Position numbers and translations under genes: made by a program. Positions 15,101 to 22,534 of a stretch of 22,534 bases of DNA are shown here, in pieces. Numbering within the stretch: the stretch's first letter is position 1; the number at the start of each line of letters is the position of its first letter. Under the pieces are notes generated by a model. That model saw only the letters and a program-made list of their open reading frames with translations. It ran no database searches and was not told the origin of the DNA. Origin of the DNA: Candidatus Thorarchaeota archaeon (GTDB taxonomy: Archaea; Asgardarchaeota; Thorarchaeia; Thorarchaeales; Thorarchaeaceae); assembly GCA_048882045.1 (NCBI GenBank), contig JBHLRZ010000044.1:1-22534 (forward strand), read 5' to 3'.

Positions 15101-17452
15101 AGCACGAAATCGTACGACACTGATGGAGTGATCGTGGGATGGGGCTGGGCCTTTGATGACGGGAGCTTTGCTGTCGTAGCAAATCCAACGCACACATACT
15201 CACAGACGGGAGAGTATGATGTCACACTCACCGTGACGGATGATGATGGAGAGACAGGCTCAATCACGGAAACGGTCACAGTTCTTAATCAGCTGCCAAT
15301 CGCAGAGGCTGGTGAGGACCAGTCAGTGTTCACTGGTTTCAACGTGGACTTTTCCGCCACTGGTTCTACTGACCCAGATGGCACGATCATCTCGTATATC
15401 TGGGACTTCATGGATGGTCAGACTGCTCCTGGCGAAACCACAAACCATGTCTTTGGTCAACCCGGGACCTACTACGTGACTGTCACTGTTACCGATAACG
15501 ATGGGGCCAAGGATACCGATACCGTGGTCATCATCGCAGAAACTCCGAGGCCACCAGACCTCACAGTCGCTCTTGAGAATGTGTCATTTTCAACAGACGG
15601 AGAGCATGTCATGATGACTATGACTGTTGAGAACACCGGAGACCTAGATACCGGCTTTTTCTCATTCCAAGTACGGGATTTGGACATGACCTGGGGTACC
15701 CTGCGCAATAATCATGCAGGGCTCCAAGCTCACTCAAGTGTTGATTACAACATCACACTCCCTGATTGGCCTATGGGCTCCCACGACATCATAATAGAGC
15801 TCGATCATTTGCATCGACTTTCTGAGGCAGATGAAGAGAACAATAATCTCATAGTGACAGTGCCCGATGCTGATGGTGACAGTCTGCCAGATGTGGTTGA
15901 GGACTTCTATGGCTCGAACAAAAACAGTGCAGATTCTGACTCAGACGGGTTGAATGATGGGAAACTTGTAGAAAACAGATACGCTCCAATCGAGAAAGAC
16001 TGGAACATCGATTCAGATAGAGATGGACTGATCAATGCACTTGACAGCGACAGCGACAATGATGGCTACGTGGACGGTACAGATCTGGACCCCCTGCATG
16101 ACCTCCTGGTGAAGGTGAAGCTCTACAGGTTCGAGGTCGAAGACCCTATTGACTTCGAGATAGTCATGAAGTCCAAGACTATACGGGTTCCGTATGTGGT
16201 TGTCCACTGGTGGGGTGTCGAGATCAAATACGAGTCCTTGACAATCCGATATCCGGATATTGTGGAGAACAAAAATGCTGAACCATTCTTCAGAGCGTAT
16301 GCAGGAGACCAGTGGTCGACAGGGAACATGATGCACAGCGAGGTGCCTGTTGCTAGAAGTGTGACACAGCTTAGTTCCAGCCGTCTTCCACTTTTCGTGG
16401 CCAATGTTCCTGACGATGACCCCAGAGTGTACGTGGATATAGAGGCGTGGGATGTTGACCTTGATTTCGATGATCAGTTCGACCTAGCTGGATTCGGCAG
16501 GACCTCTCAAGCAGTCTTCAATCTAGCAGAGGCAGTAATGTATCAGCCCGGGGACTACCAGCAATGGGCTTCCTCAAGCGGGAGTGACGATGGAAGCACA
16601 AGCAGCGACACTGACGACGCCTATGTCAGATACTATATCTACCACGACTACGAACTTTCCTATCAGGAACAGATGGACCTGGCAGAGAAGTTCATGCCTC
16701 AGCTCTATTTCGATGTAGCAGAGGTCTGGCGGCCGCGTGACATACAAGACTTCCTAGACCATGCAATCCTTCGAGACTCTGATGGATCTCAAGCGGACCC
16801 TGATCCAACACCTGCTGAACTAGAAGCATATGCTGGAACTGGAGCCTACTTGGACCTTGATAATGCATACCATAGTCAGGACTCCTCAGCACACGGTCTC
16901 AAGATTTACTCACATGTGTTCACAGGTTACAACGACCACATCTTTGTACAATACTGGTTCTTCTATCTCTTTGACCTCTGGGTCAATCAACATGAGGGAG
17001 ACTGGGAGATGATCCAGCTGATACTACCGCAAAAGGGCTCTCAGGATGTGGATGTCTTGGTGCCTCTACAGGCAGGATACTCCTGGCACAATCATATCGT
17101 GACGAGTGGATGGTATTCCGGAGACCTGTCAAAGGTGGGTGTCAATCATCCTGTTGTGTACGTAGGGCTTGGTGGACATGCGAGTCGGTTCACTCCTCTT
17201 GGTGTCTACACTGCGGCGAACATGAACCAATACTCAATGGAGCTCTTGATCAATCAAGGATGGTTGAGATTTGATGGGGAGTGGGGTGATAGGTCTGTCA
17301 TACCTGGATTTTCTGGTTCTCACGGCCCGGTATTCAGGTCTGGTTGGGTGTTGCTCCCGGAGCATTTCGTCGTGACATTTCGAGGTACCTATCATGCGTA
17401 CATGTGGACTGATCCATGGTTCTGGCATTTCTACACCACTGAGCCGCCCTAA
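12161..17452 (+). CDS. Giant membrane-anchored surface protein: TSP3-like Ca-binding repeats, 2 CBM-like domains, 2 PKD, CARDB, C2-like, C-terminal Vps62-like domain
   Basis: The ORF is open from 12116, but TTG at 12161 follows AAGGAG/GGAG. Basic N-terminus plus one TM segment. About 30 D-x-D-x-D-x-L-x-D-x-x-E...GT[D/N]P repeats. Two WYE[A/V]ED beta domains (13109, 13571). PKD motifs (W-x-F-x-DG...H-x-[Y/F]..G-x-Y-x-V-T-x-TVTD) from 15032 and 15287. CARDB motif PDLTV...E-x-DE-x-NN. C-terminal QYWFFY...HEGDWE...HPVVYV...GGHA...WLRFDGEWG. Confidence 0.9.
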   Translation: MSRIRSALLKNTRRSALAVAIILIIVVSSFGIFYFLPQGPGPMGGDNDGMPDSWEMLYGLDMNDPSDAQLDKDGDGLTNLEEYLLGTNPTLVDTDSDGLWDKEEVNLGTDPTNFDSDNDTLSDGEEVRIYYTNPLSPDTDAEGLSDGAEVNTVGSDPNDQDTDNDMLTDWEEYVELHTNPLLNDTDQDTLKDWDELHIYGTDPRLNDTDQDLLLDNEEIQYGTDPLDTDSDDDDLADGSEPDWNVDTDGDSLINALDPDSDNDLLMDGDEILLGADPLDNDSDDDNVIDGWDPAPVDSDADDDGITDGNEATTWAYWYEAEDLDLEQGVIGDDPDARNGRAVYVSGPGLVFNSTVPSSQADYKFFVRARAQFPESANRSIQLAIEQDNDTIVAYDMHLLTGIYRWYSTPFFNASNGQLRIIVNASHAWVVIDRVALVRMDSINSETTDPLDQDTDGDAVIEGRESVLNSYWYEVEDFAWGPTQIFDNVNASNSKHVTPLPDGRVAFISDPSYIFPMGTYVVFVRAISTTLNTSNTLEVDITLGGDPITIPPVQFALVRQVVYGVIVRDVNLYEWNFALKFDLLQNDTIDIDLRALGSLSDIFVDKVLLMKLEYWQDTQFISYDNGTVIVSSVMNVPRGISDPMDIDTDGDGYRADDGFSPGSSGWLTDGFELNEIGTNPFDIDTDRDGDADNVDPNPNSGDTDKDGIFDYIEILSSYNGTPTDPLNADTDGDYIRDGDEDLNLDGSLTTGETNPTLVDTDMDGLQDGTEIGIVSPDTVPVGPPVITDPLNPDSDGDTLLDGFEDANANGQYEPALNETRADRPDTDMDALNDNEEPIYSTDPNNRDTDYDLILDGHEIFWYGTNATDSDTDDEGLLDGFEVRRFSTNPLLPDTDSDTLTDWEEIVIYHTNPLSDDSDGDGLFDNEEVQTYGTDPNHPDTDRDGVSDYDEVQAGTNPLNAPPVARFGLRRDAYRNLVVQFDSTKSYDTDGVIVGWGWAFDDGSFAVVANPTHTYSQTGEYDVTLTVTDDDGETGSITETVTVLNQLPIAEAGEDQSVFTGFNVDFSATGSTDPDGTIISYIWDFMDGQTAPGETTNHVFGQPGTYYVTVTVTDNDGAKDTDTVVIIAETPRPPDLTVALENVSFSTDGEHVMMTMTVENTGDLDTGFFSFQVRDLDMTWGTLRNNHAGLQAHSSVDYNITLPDWPMGSHDIIIELDHLHRLSEADEENNNLIVTVPDADGDSLPDVVEDFYGSNKNSADSDSDGLNDGKLVENRYAPIEKDWNIDSDRDGLINALDSDSDNDGYVDGTDLDPLHDLLVKVKLYRFEVEDPIDFEIVMKSKTIRVPYVVVHWWGVEIKYESLTIRYPDIVENKNAEPFFRAYAGDQWSTGNMMHSEVPVARSVTQLSSSRLPLFVANVPDDDPRVYVDIEAWDVDLDFDDQFDLAGFGRTSQAVFNLAEAVMYQPGDYQQWASSSGSDDGSTSSDTDDAYVRYYIYHDYELSYQEQMDLAEKFMPQLYFDVAEVWRPRDIQDFLDHAILRDSDGSQADPDPTPAELEAYAGTGAYLDLDNAYHSQDSSAHGLKIYSHVFTGYNDHIFVQYWFFYLFDLWVNQHEGDWEMIQLILPQKGSQDVDVLVPLQAGYSWHNHIVTSGWYSGDLSKVGVNHPVVYVGLGGHASRFTPLGVYTAANMNQYSMELLINQGWLRFDGEWGDRSVIPGFSGSHGPVFRSGWVLLPEHFVVTFRGTYHAYMWTDPWFWHFYTTEPP

Positions 17453-17472
17453 GATATGTGAGAAGAAATAGT

Positions 17473-18927
17473 TCACAATTCATTGGTCAAAACGAAATTC
17501 ACTAGTTCCTCCATATCTCCGAAAGGACTCTCATAATACACGTCAGGATGGACACATACCTCTTCATTGGCTTGACCGGTATAGTCGATACCCATCCCTG
17601 GAGTGAACCTCACAAGTATCTTCGAATTTGGAAGGATGTAGTAGATTGGAGAGTCACTAATTCCATCACCACCAGATGGAATTCCATACAGCTTGGCAAA
17701 TCCTGTTTCTTTACAGAACAAGGCGAAGGCATCTGTTGCAGAGAACGTTATTGCATCAATCAAGACAATGATTCTTCCTCTGAAGTCAATTTCACCTGAA
17801 GGATCTACCGTCTGAATATAATCGTAAATCGTGAAGTCTTCTGTCAAGACTTCGGGTGGTAACTTTTTGAAACGCTCTTTTGAAACGATGGAGCCTATGT
17901 CCGCAACTCTTCTGAACATCTCGACATAATTTCCAGATCGGAAAGCCAGATGCATCTTGCTACTCAGCTTCTCTCTTGCAAGGGGTGCGATTACATTGCG
18001 CATCCAAGGTTCATAAGATCCTCCTTGGTTTCCACGAACATCGATGATTAGAAGTTTATAGTCCTCAATCTGTTTGTAGAACTCCATCAGTACCTTGTTG
18101 TCATCGTCTGCGAAAGAATCTTCAAAGTCACCAATACGAACATACCCTGCCTGTTTTTCAGGCCATACTCTAGTTTCTAATCTAAGAACAGGATAAACAG
18201 GTGTGAGAGAATACCGAAACTCATAACCTATCTCAAAAACGACGTTCTTCTTCTCACCAGAATCTGTTTCTAGTGTAAACTCAGCATCTGGTCTGAAATG
18301 CTTCGGCTGTATTCGGAAGAGGTAGAATAACTCTCTTTTGAAATCCCAGTTGAAAATCCCTTTTTCATAGCAATCTTTGACAGCTTCGTGGATTGGTATA
18401 CCATTGACTGCTATAACTCTTGAATGGATGCCATATTTCTCCTTCCAATCTCCATAACCAGCTTCAATGAGGTAATCCCCGTTGTTATACCAAAACTCAG
18501 CATCATAGTTGAGAGAGTTGCGTTCTCTTAAGAATTCCTCAATGATAGGTTCCCAATACCTGTAGTATTCCTTCAAGCGCTCACTGAATACTTCACTAAA
18601 TGGTTCAGTATTTCGATAGTATTCAACTTCATAGAAGCTGTCTAACCAGCTTGGTGTAACAATTGACGCATGCCCATTTTGTAGTGCTTGTACTGCATCG
18701 AACATGACCTCGAGATGGTCTGATATTGTTTTCCCGTTTCTTATACGGTCGCAATAGCTTTCATAGAAGTCAAGCCATCTATAACCCAGTTGTCGCTCTT
18801 TCAGTTTCATGTATGGATTATTTTCACGCATCACTGTGAAGAGTGCTTCTAGATCTTTCAACCATTCATCTTCTGTCATATCTTGCGGATGAATGTCATT
18901 AAACGTGATGATGGAGCCTGATGGCAT
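17473..18927 (-). CDS. S41 family peptidase
   Basis: Motifs GYVRI, LLIIDVRGNQGGS, TFSATDAFA (catalytic Ser region), YGIPSGG and VHPDV, plus a PDZ-like VIAVNGIPI. Start moved to ATG 18927 (GGGAG just upstream), which removes the head-to-head overlap with the next gene. Confidence 0.88.
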   Translation of the reverse strand: MPSGSIITFNDIHPQDMTEDEWLKDLEALFTVMRENNPYMKLKERQLGYRWLDFYESYCDRIRNGKTISDHLEVMFDAVQALQNGHASIVTPSWLDSFYEVEYYRNTEPFSEVFSERLKEYYRYWEPIIEEFLRERNSLNYDAEFWYNNGDYLIEAGYGDWKEKYGIHSRVIAVNGIPIHEAVKDCYEKGIFNWDFKRELFYLFRIQPKHFRPDAEFTLETDSGEKKNVVFEIGYEFRYSLTPVYPVLRLETRVWPEKQAGYVRIGDFEDSFADDDNKVLMEFYKQIEDYKLLIIDVRGNQGGSYEPWMRNVIAPLAREKLSSKMHLAFRSGNYVEMFRRVADIGSIVSKERFKKLPPEVLTEDFTIYDYIQTVDPSGEIDFRGRIIVLIDAITFSATDAFALFCKETGFAKLYGIPSGGDGISDSPIYYILPNSKILVRFTPGMGIDYTGQANEEVCVHPDVYYESPFGDMEELVNFVLTNEL

Positions 18928-19101
18928 GCTCCCAAAAAGTTGGCGAGATGATTTATGCTTCACTATGAACGCTACAATTTGATAGAATTGGTTACAAGTA
19001 AAAGAAACAGGGCAAGAGAGGAAGACCATCCACAGATCTCACGAACCATGACGATGCAAAGACTCATTTCCAACTCCAGATATAATTGCGATTCGGAAAG
19101 A

Positions 19102-20238
19102 ATGTGCACGAGAAGTGATCTGAATGCTAGTGTGCAGAAGGTTTTGGATGCATTAGTTGATTCAGGTGAAGAAATAGGTTTGCAGGTCGCAGCTTATGTT
19201 GATGGCGAACTTGTCGTCGATGCATGGGCTGGGGTTACAGATGAGATCAGTGGGAAACCAGTCAATGGTGATACACTGTTCACCTCTTGGTCGACTACCA
19301 AAGGTTTTGTTTCAACTTGTATTCACATTCTTGGTGATCGAGGTCTTATAGATTACGACACTTCAGTGGATACTTACTGGCCTGAGTTTGCAACACATGG
19401 CAAAGACAAGATTACTGTCCGTCATGTCCTTTCTCATTCCTCAGGGATACCACATATGCCTGAGGATGTGACTCCAGAGATGATAACAGACTGGGATGCC
19501 ATGTGCACAGCAATAGCTAACCTTAAGCCACTATGGCCTCCAGGGAATACAACACATTATCATTTTTGGACCTGGGGATGGATTATTGGAGAGGTAATCC
19601 GTCGAGTTGATGGTCGACCCGTTTTTCAGTTTGTTCAGGAAGAACTATGTCAACCTCTGGGTATCAATGATTTCTATCTGGGCATTCCTAACACTGTGGA
19701 ACATCGTGTCGCACCTGTTAGAGAAGAGCGTACTCGTGCTGCTAAAGCACCTGACAAAGATGATTTGGCTTTACGAGTGACGCCACCACAGATCACACGC
19801 GCTGAGATTGTCAATCGGCCTGATGTCCGACGGGCCTGCATCCCTGCAATTGGCGGAATCATGAATGCTCGCGCCATTGCCAGACACTACGCAATGCTTT
19901 CTGGCTACGGAGAGTTGGATGGAACCCGAATTCTATCAAAAGAACGAGTCGACCTGATTCACACTCTTCATAATGTTGATCCTGCCAAGTTGTTGGAAGG
20001 GCAGATTCCAATAGGTCTTGGATATCTCCTTGGTGGAAGTACCCATCATGACTGGAGCATTGCAATGGGTGAAACCGGTGGAGAATTTGGTCATCCCGGC
20101 CATGGGGGTTCACTAGGGTTTGCTGACCCGAATCGAAACATTGGCTTTGGTTTGACCAAGAATCTCATGAAAGAAGGAGATGAAACTGTACGCATGGTAG
20201 CTGAAACAATCAGAAATCAGCTTGATAGTACTGCTTAA
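19102..20238 (+). CDS. Serine hydrolase, class C beta-lactamase/EstA-like family
   Basis: SxxK motif (WSTTKG), VLSHSSG, PLWPPG...YH, and FGHPGHGGSLGFADP. Start moved to ATG 19102. Confidence 0.92.
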   Translation: MCTRSDLNASVQKVLDALVDSGEEIGLQVAAYVDGELVVDAWAGVTDEISGKPVNGDTLFTSWSTTKGFVSTCIHILGDRGLIDYDTSVDTYWPEFATHGKDKITVRHVLSHSSGIPHMPEDVTPEMITDWDAMCTAIANLKPLWPPGNTTHYHFWTWGWIIGEVIRRVDGRPVFQFVQEELCQPLGINDFYLGIPNTVEHRVAPVREERTRAAKAPDKDDLALRVTPPQITRAEIVNRPDVRRACIPAIGGIMNARAIARHYAMLSGYGELDGTRILSKERVDLIHTLHNVDPAKLLEGQIPIGLGYLLGGSTHHDWSIAMGETGGEFGHPGHGGSLGFADPNRNIGFGLTKNLMKEGDETVRMVAETIRNQLDSTA

Positions 20239-20422
20239 CTAGCTTTCTCCAACAGAAGAATGAAGAATATGATAGAGGTGAATCAAACCTCTTTCAATAG
20301 CCGAAACTACAATTGTTCCTCTTGCTTATATGGCAGATAGCCAGGTCCGAATTTCTCGTGCGTTATTACACTGATATATGAGGAAACATGTCACGGAATC
20401 AGGAACAATAGAGGGTGTCCAG

Positions 20423-21586
20423 ATGTCAAATGTTTCGATAGATCATTCAATCCTTCTCTCAAGACTCAGGGAATTGGTTGCCATTGAATCCATCAATCCT
20501 TCACTTGTAGAGGGCGGTAGTGGAGAACGCATGGTGGCTGATTACATTGGTGAATGCCTTGAAGCGATGGGGGCTAAAGTCACATTTCAGAGATTCGATA
20601 AAGATCGTGTCAATGTCATTGGAGTCCTGAGGGGAGAAGGTGATGGGCGCACTCTCATGTTAAATGGTCATATGGATACAGTTGGTGTTTCCGGAATGGA
20701 GATGGATCCCTTTGACCCTATATACAAAGATGGCAAGGTGTTTGGACGAGGTGCATTCGATATGAAAGCAAGTCTTTCCTCCATGCTTGCAGTTGGTGAT
20801 GCCTTTCTCCACGCAAATCCAAAGCCAAAAGGCAATCTCATACTAGCATTTGTCGCTGATGAGGAGTATGCCAGTCGTGGAACAGAAGCATTAGTAAAGG
20901 ATTTCACAGCGGACGCTGCGATAGTTACAGAACCAACTAACCTTGATGTGATTATCTCGCACAGAGGATTTGCATGGGCCAAGATTGATGTACTCGGTCG
21001 AGCTGCTCATGGCAGCCTCTACAATGAGGGCATTGATGCCATTGTAAAAGCTGGAAAGGTCCTTGTGGCATTAGAAAAATTGGACAGATCTTTTGAAGAG
21101 CGAACAAAACATCCAACTTTAGGGAGAGCTTCAATTCACGCTTCTCTGATTAAGGGAGGAACAGAGCTGAGCACCTACCCTTCAACATGCAAGATAGAAC
21201 TAGAACGAAGAACACTCCCGAACGAAGATAGGGAATTCATAGATTCTGAGCTCTCAGAGCTACTCTCAAACATTCACAATCAAGATGACGAATTCGAAGC
21301 TGAATCAAATGTGTTCTTCTTTCGACCCAGTCTGCAAATGGATTCTAATGCTGAAATCGTTACTCAGGTCATCCAATCCTGTAAAAGGTCTATAGGAAAG
21401 AATCCTGATCTTGTTGGTGCTCCTTGGTGGACCGATGCAGCACTCTTGCTTGATTCTGGAATTCCTGCCGTCCTATTTGGTCCGTCTGGGGATGGCGCAC
21501 ATGCTGCAATCGAATATGTAAATTTTGAATCTGTAATTCAAACCTCGACTGTTCTTGCTGATGTCGCATTGAGTTTTTGCAAGTAA
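20423..21586 (+). CDS. M20 family metallo-amidohydrolase (ArgE/DapE-like deacylase)
   Basis: Motifs LNGHMDTV, GRGAFDMK, ADEE, VTEPT, GRAAHGS, WTDA and GAHAAIEYV. ATG 20423 follows GAGGGTG; the ORF is open from 20378. Confidence 0.93.
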   Translation: MSNVSIDHSILLSRLRELVAIESINPSLVEGGSGERMVADYIGECLEAMGAKVTFQRFDKDRVNVIGVLRGEGDGRTLMLNGHMDTVGVSGMEMDPFDPIYKDGKVFGRGAFDMKASLSSMLAVGDAFLHANPKPKGNLILAFVADEEYASRGTEALVKDFTADAAIVTEPTNLDVIISHRGFAWAKIDVLGRAAHGSLYNEGIDAIVKAGKVLVALEKLDRSFEERTKHPTLGRASIHASLIKGGTELSTYPSTCKIELERRTLPNEDREFIDSELSELLSNIHNQDDEFEAESNVFFFRPSLQMDSNAEIVTQVIQSCKRSIGKNPDLVGAPWWTDAALLLDSGIPAVLFGPSGDGAHAAIEYVNFESVIQTSTVLADVALSFCK

Positions 21587-21639
21587 CTAAAACGAATTTA
21601 AACATGGAACTACATCCGCCTCTCTTGCCTATACAGCAT

Positions 21640-21684
21640 ATCGTCCTGTCTGAGCATCTCAGAGCCAAGACGATCTTTTTCTCT
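21640..21684 (+). terminator. Possible terminator: interrupted hairpin followed by a pyrimidine tract
   Basis: Nested pairs atcgtc(21640-45)/gacgat(21669-74) and tctgag(21649-54)/ctcaga(21658-63), then ctttttctct. Lies downstream of the M20 gene. Confidence 0.4.
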
Positions 21685-21749
21685 CAAATCAATTCTGCTT
21701 GAATCAACAATCAAATATTGGTTGTCCAATATATTTTGTCTGAAACATT

Positions 21750-22097
21750 ATGACCGATTCAGATAATCCATCTTTCTATGACCTAATCACAATTGTAGCA
21801 AATCTCGTTCCCGATTTGCCTAAACCTAGTGCGATTATGGCGGAGATACAAGACAATGATCGGACGCTCTGGCTTGAAGGCTGGTGCGACGGTTGTATTG
21901 CAGGTAAGGGGTTTCCACCAAAGGGTGAAGGAATGCTGCAAGAAAAACTCGATCACCTTCGGGAAATAACACCAGGACTTCTAGAAGAGAGAGCGAAGAA
22001 AAGAGGAATGACGGTTCAATGGTCCGGCTTTCTTCCCTTGAAAGATAAGGAGTTCCTATACGGAGTTTCTTGGGGAATCTTTCGCAAAGAACAGTAA
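21750..22097 (+). CDS. Hypothetical protein with CxxC motif
   Basis: 115-aa ORF filling the gap between genes, containing WLEGWCDGC. No family recognised. Confidence 0.7.
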   Translation: MTDSDNPSFYDLITIVANLVPDLPKPSAIMAEIQDNDRTLWLEGWCDGCIAGKGFPPKGEGMLQEKLDHLREITPGLLEERAKKRGMTVQWSGFLPLKDKEFLYGVSWGIFRKEQ

Positions 22098-22178
22098 CCA
22101 AATCAATGAACATCTTCTATGTTGTTGACCTCTCACGGTCCATGACGATTATATTTGGTGGCTCATATTTTATGTAAT

Positions 22179-22534
22179 TCATTCAGCCAAATATTCTGTC
22201 ATGTTCCAGTAGTATTGGAAGACCTCACTAATCCAACTATTAAACTCCTCACTTATGCCAGATATCATCACTGAGAGGTCGACTTTTCCATTTTTATCGG
22301 GAAAACAGACTCCTCCCCTGTCATCAAACACACCGACAAGTATTGGTACGGTTAGCAGCGTTCTAAAGTTTTTGCCATGCTGGCCAGCTATGTGTGTGTG
22401 CGTGTGCGTGTGTGTTCCTTTCTCCTCCAAGATGATTCTGACATCTATACCACTCGCAATCTTCTCGTCAAGAACTGAGCCAATCTGTCGATAAGGTTCA
22501 GGTGACACAATCCATATTCTTTCTTTGGACTCCG
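22179..22534 (-). CDS. C-terminal part of an archaeal wHTH regulator effector domain (DUF1724/TrmB-like); 5' end lies outside the window
   Basis: The frame stays open to the window edge (ESKERIWIVSPEPY...GIDVRIILE...FPDKNGKVDL...FNSWISEVFQYYW). This matches the pattern of this PLD-like effector domain. Confidence 0.7.
   Translation of the reverse strand, partial: ESKERIWIVSPEPYRQIGSVLDEKIASGIDVRIILEEKGTHTHTHTHIAGQHGKNFRTLLTVPILVGVFDDRGGVCFPDKNGKVDLSVMISGISEEFNSWISEVFQYYWNMTEYLAE
22389..22415. repeat. (TG/CG)n alternating purine-pyrimidine microsatellite encoding THTHTHTH
   Basis: tatgtgtgtgtgcgtgtgcgtgtgtgt, seen directly. Confidence 0.9.

Noticed and set aside
12290-16100. Periodic gacac/gatac-type DNA repeats as a CRISPR or non-coding array
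   Set aside because: They are fully explained by the protein's DxDxD repeats. There is no constant repeat with unique spacers and no cas gene.
12259-17476. Many short antisense or alternate-frame ORFs within the giant gene, and similar ones elsewhere in the window
   Set aside because: They are shadows of biased codon usage (Ser/Val-rich antisense of Asp/Thr codons), with no motifs or independent signals.
18928-19101. Head-to-head overlap of the S41 and serine hydrolase ORFs as given in the ORF track
   Set aside because: Both N-terminal extensions look non-coding. Downstream ATGs (18927 and 19102) give normal domain starts and leave a 174-bp divergent promoter gap.
19102-20238. Calling the SxxK protein an antibiotic-resistance beta-lactamase (ampC)
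   Set aside because: It has the esterase-like YH and FGHxG motifs rather than YxN/KTG, and it has no signal peptide.
1-22534. rRNA, tRNA, IS elements, integrases or prophage genes
   Set aside because: None recognised. The intergenic gaps show no cloverleaf or terminal inverted repeat/target duplication pattern that I could support.

Overview
This is an archaeal-type chromosomal accessory region with about 21 protein-coding genes. I recognised no rRNA, tRNA, CRISPR array, integrase or transposase. The gene set and promoter style suggest an Asgard/Thorarchaeota-like host, but that is an inference, not a database result. The region is dominated by membrane and cell-surface proteins, one-component regulators and hydrolases. 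Main contents: a GT-C-like polytopic membrane protein downstream of a wHTH/membrane gene pair; a double-HTH Lrp/AsnC-like regulator; a TetR with a divergent target and two clear operators; a minus-strand run (DUF998-like protein, membrane protein, HTH-Cys protein, two secreted beta-propeller proteins); S41, class C beta-lactamase-like and M20 hydrolases; and a truncated DUF1724-like regulator carrying a His-Thr microsatellite. The standout is a ~1760-aa membrane-anchored protein. It has ~30 acidic TSP3-like Ca-binding repeats, two inserted CBM-like domains, two PKD domains, a CARDB domain, a C2-like domain and a C-terminal Vps62-like (HEGDWE) domain. All family calls come from visual motif recognition only.
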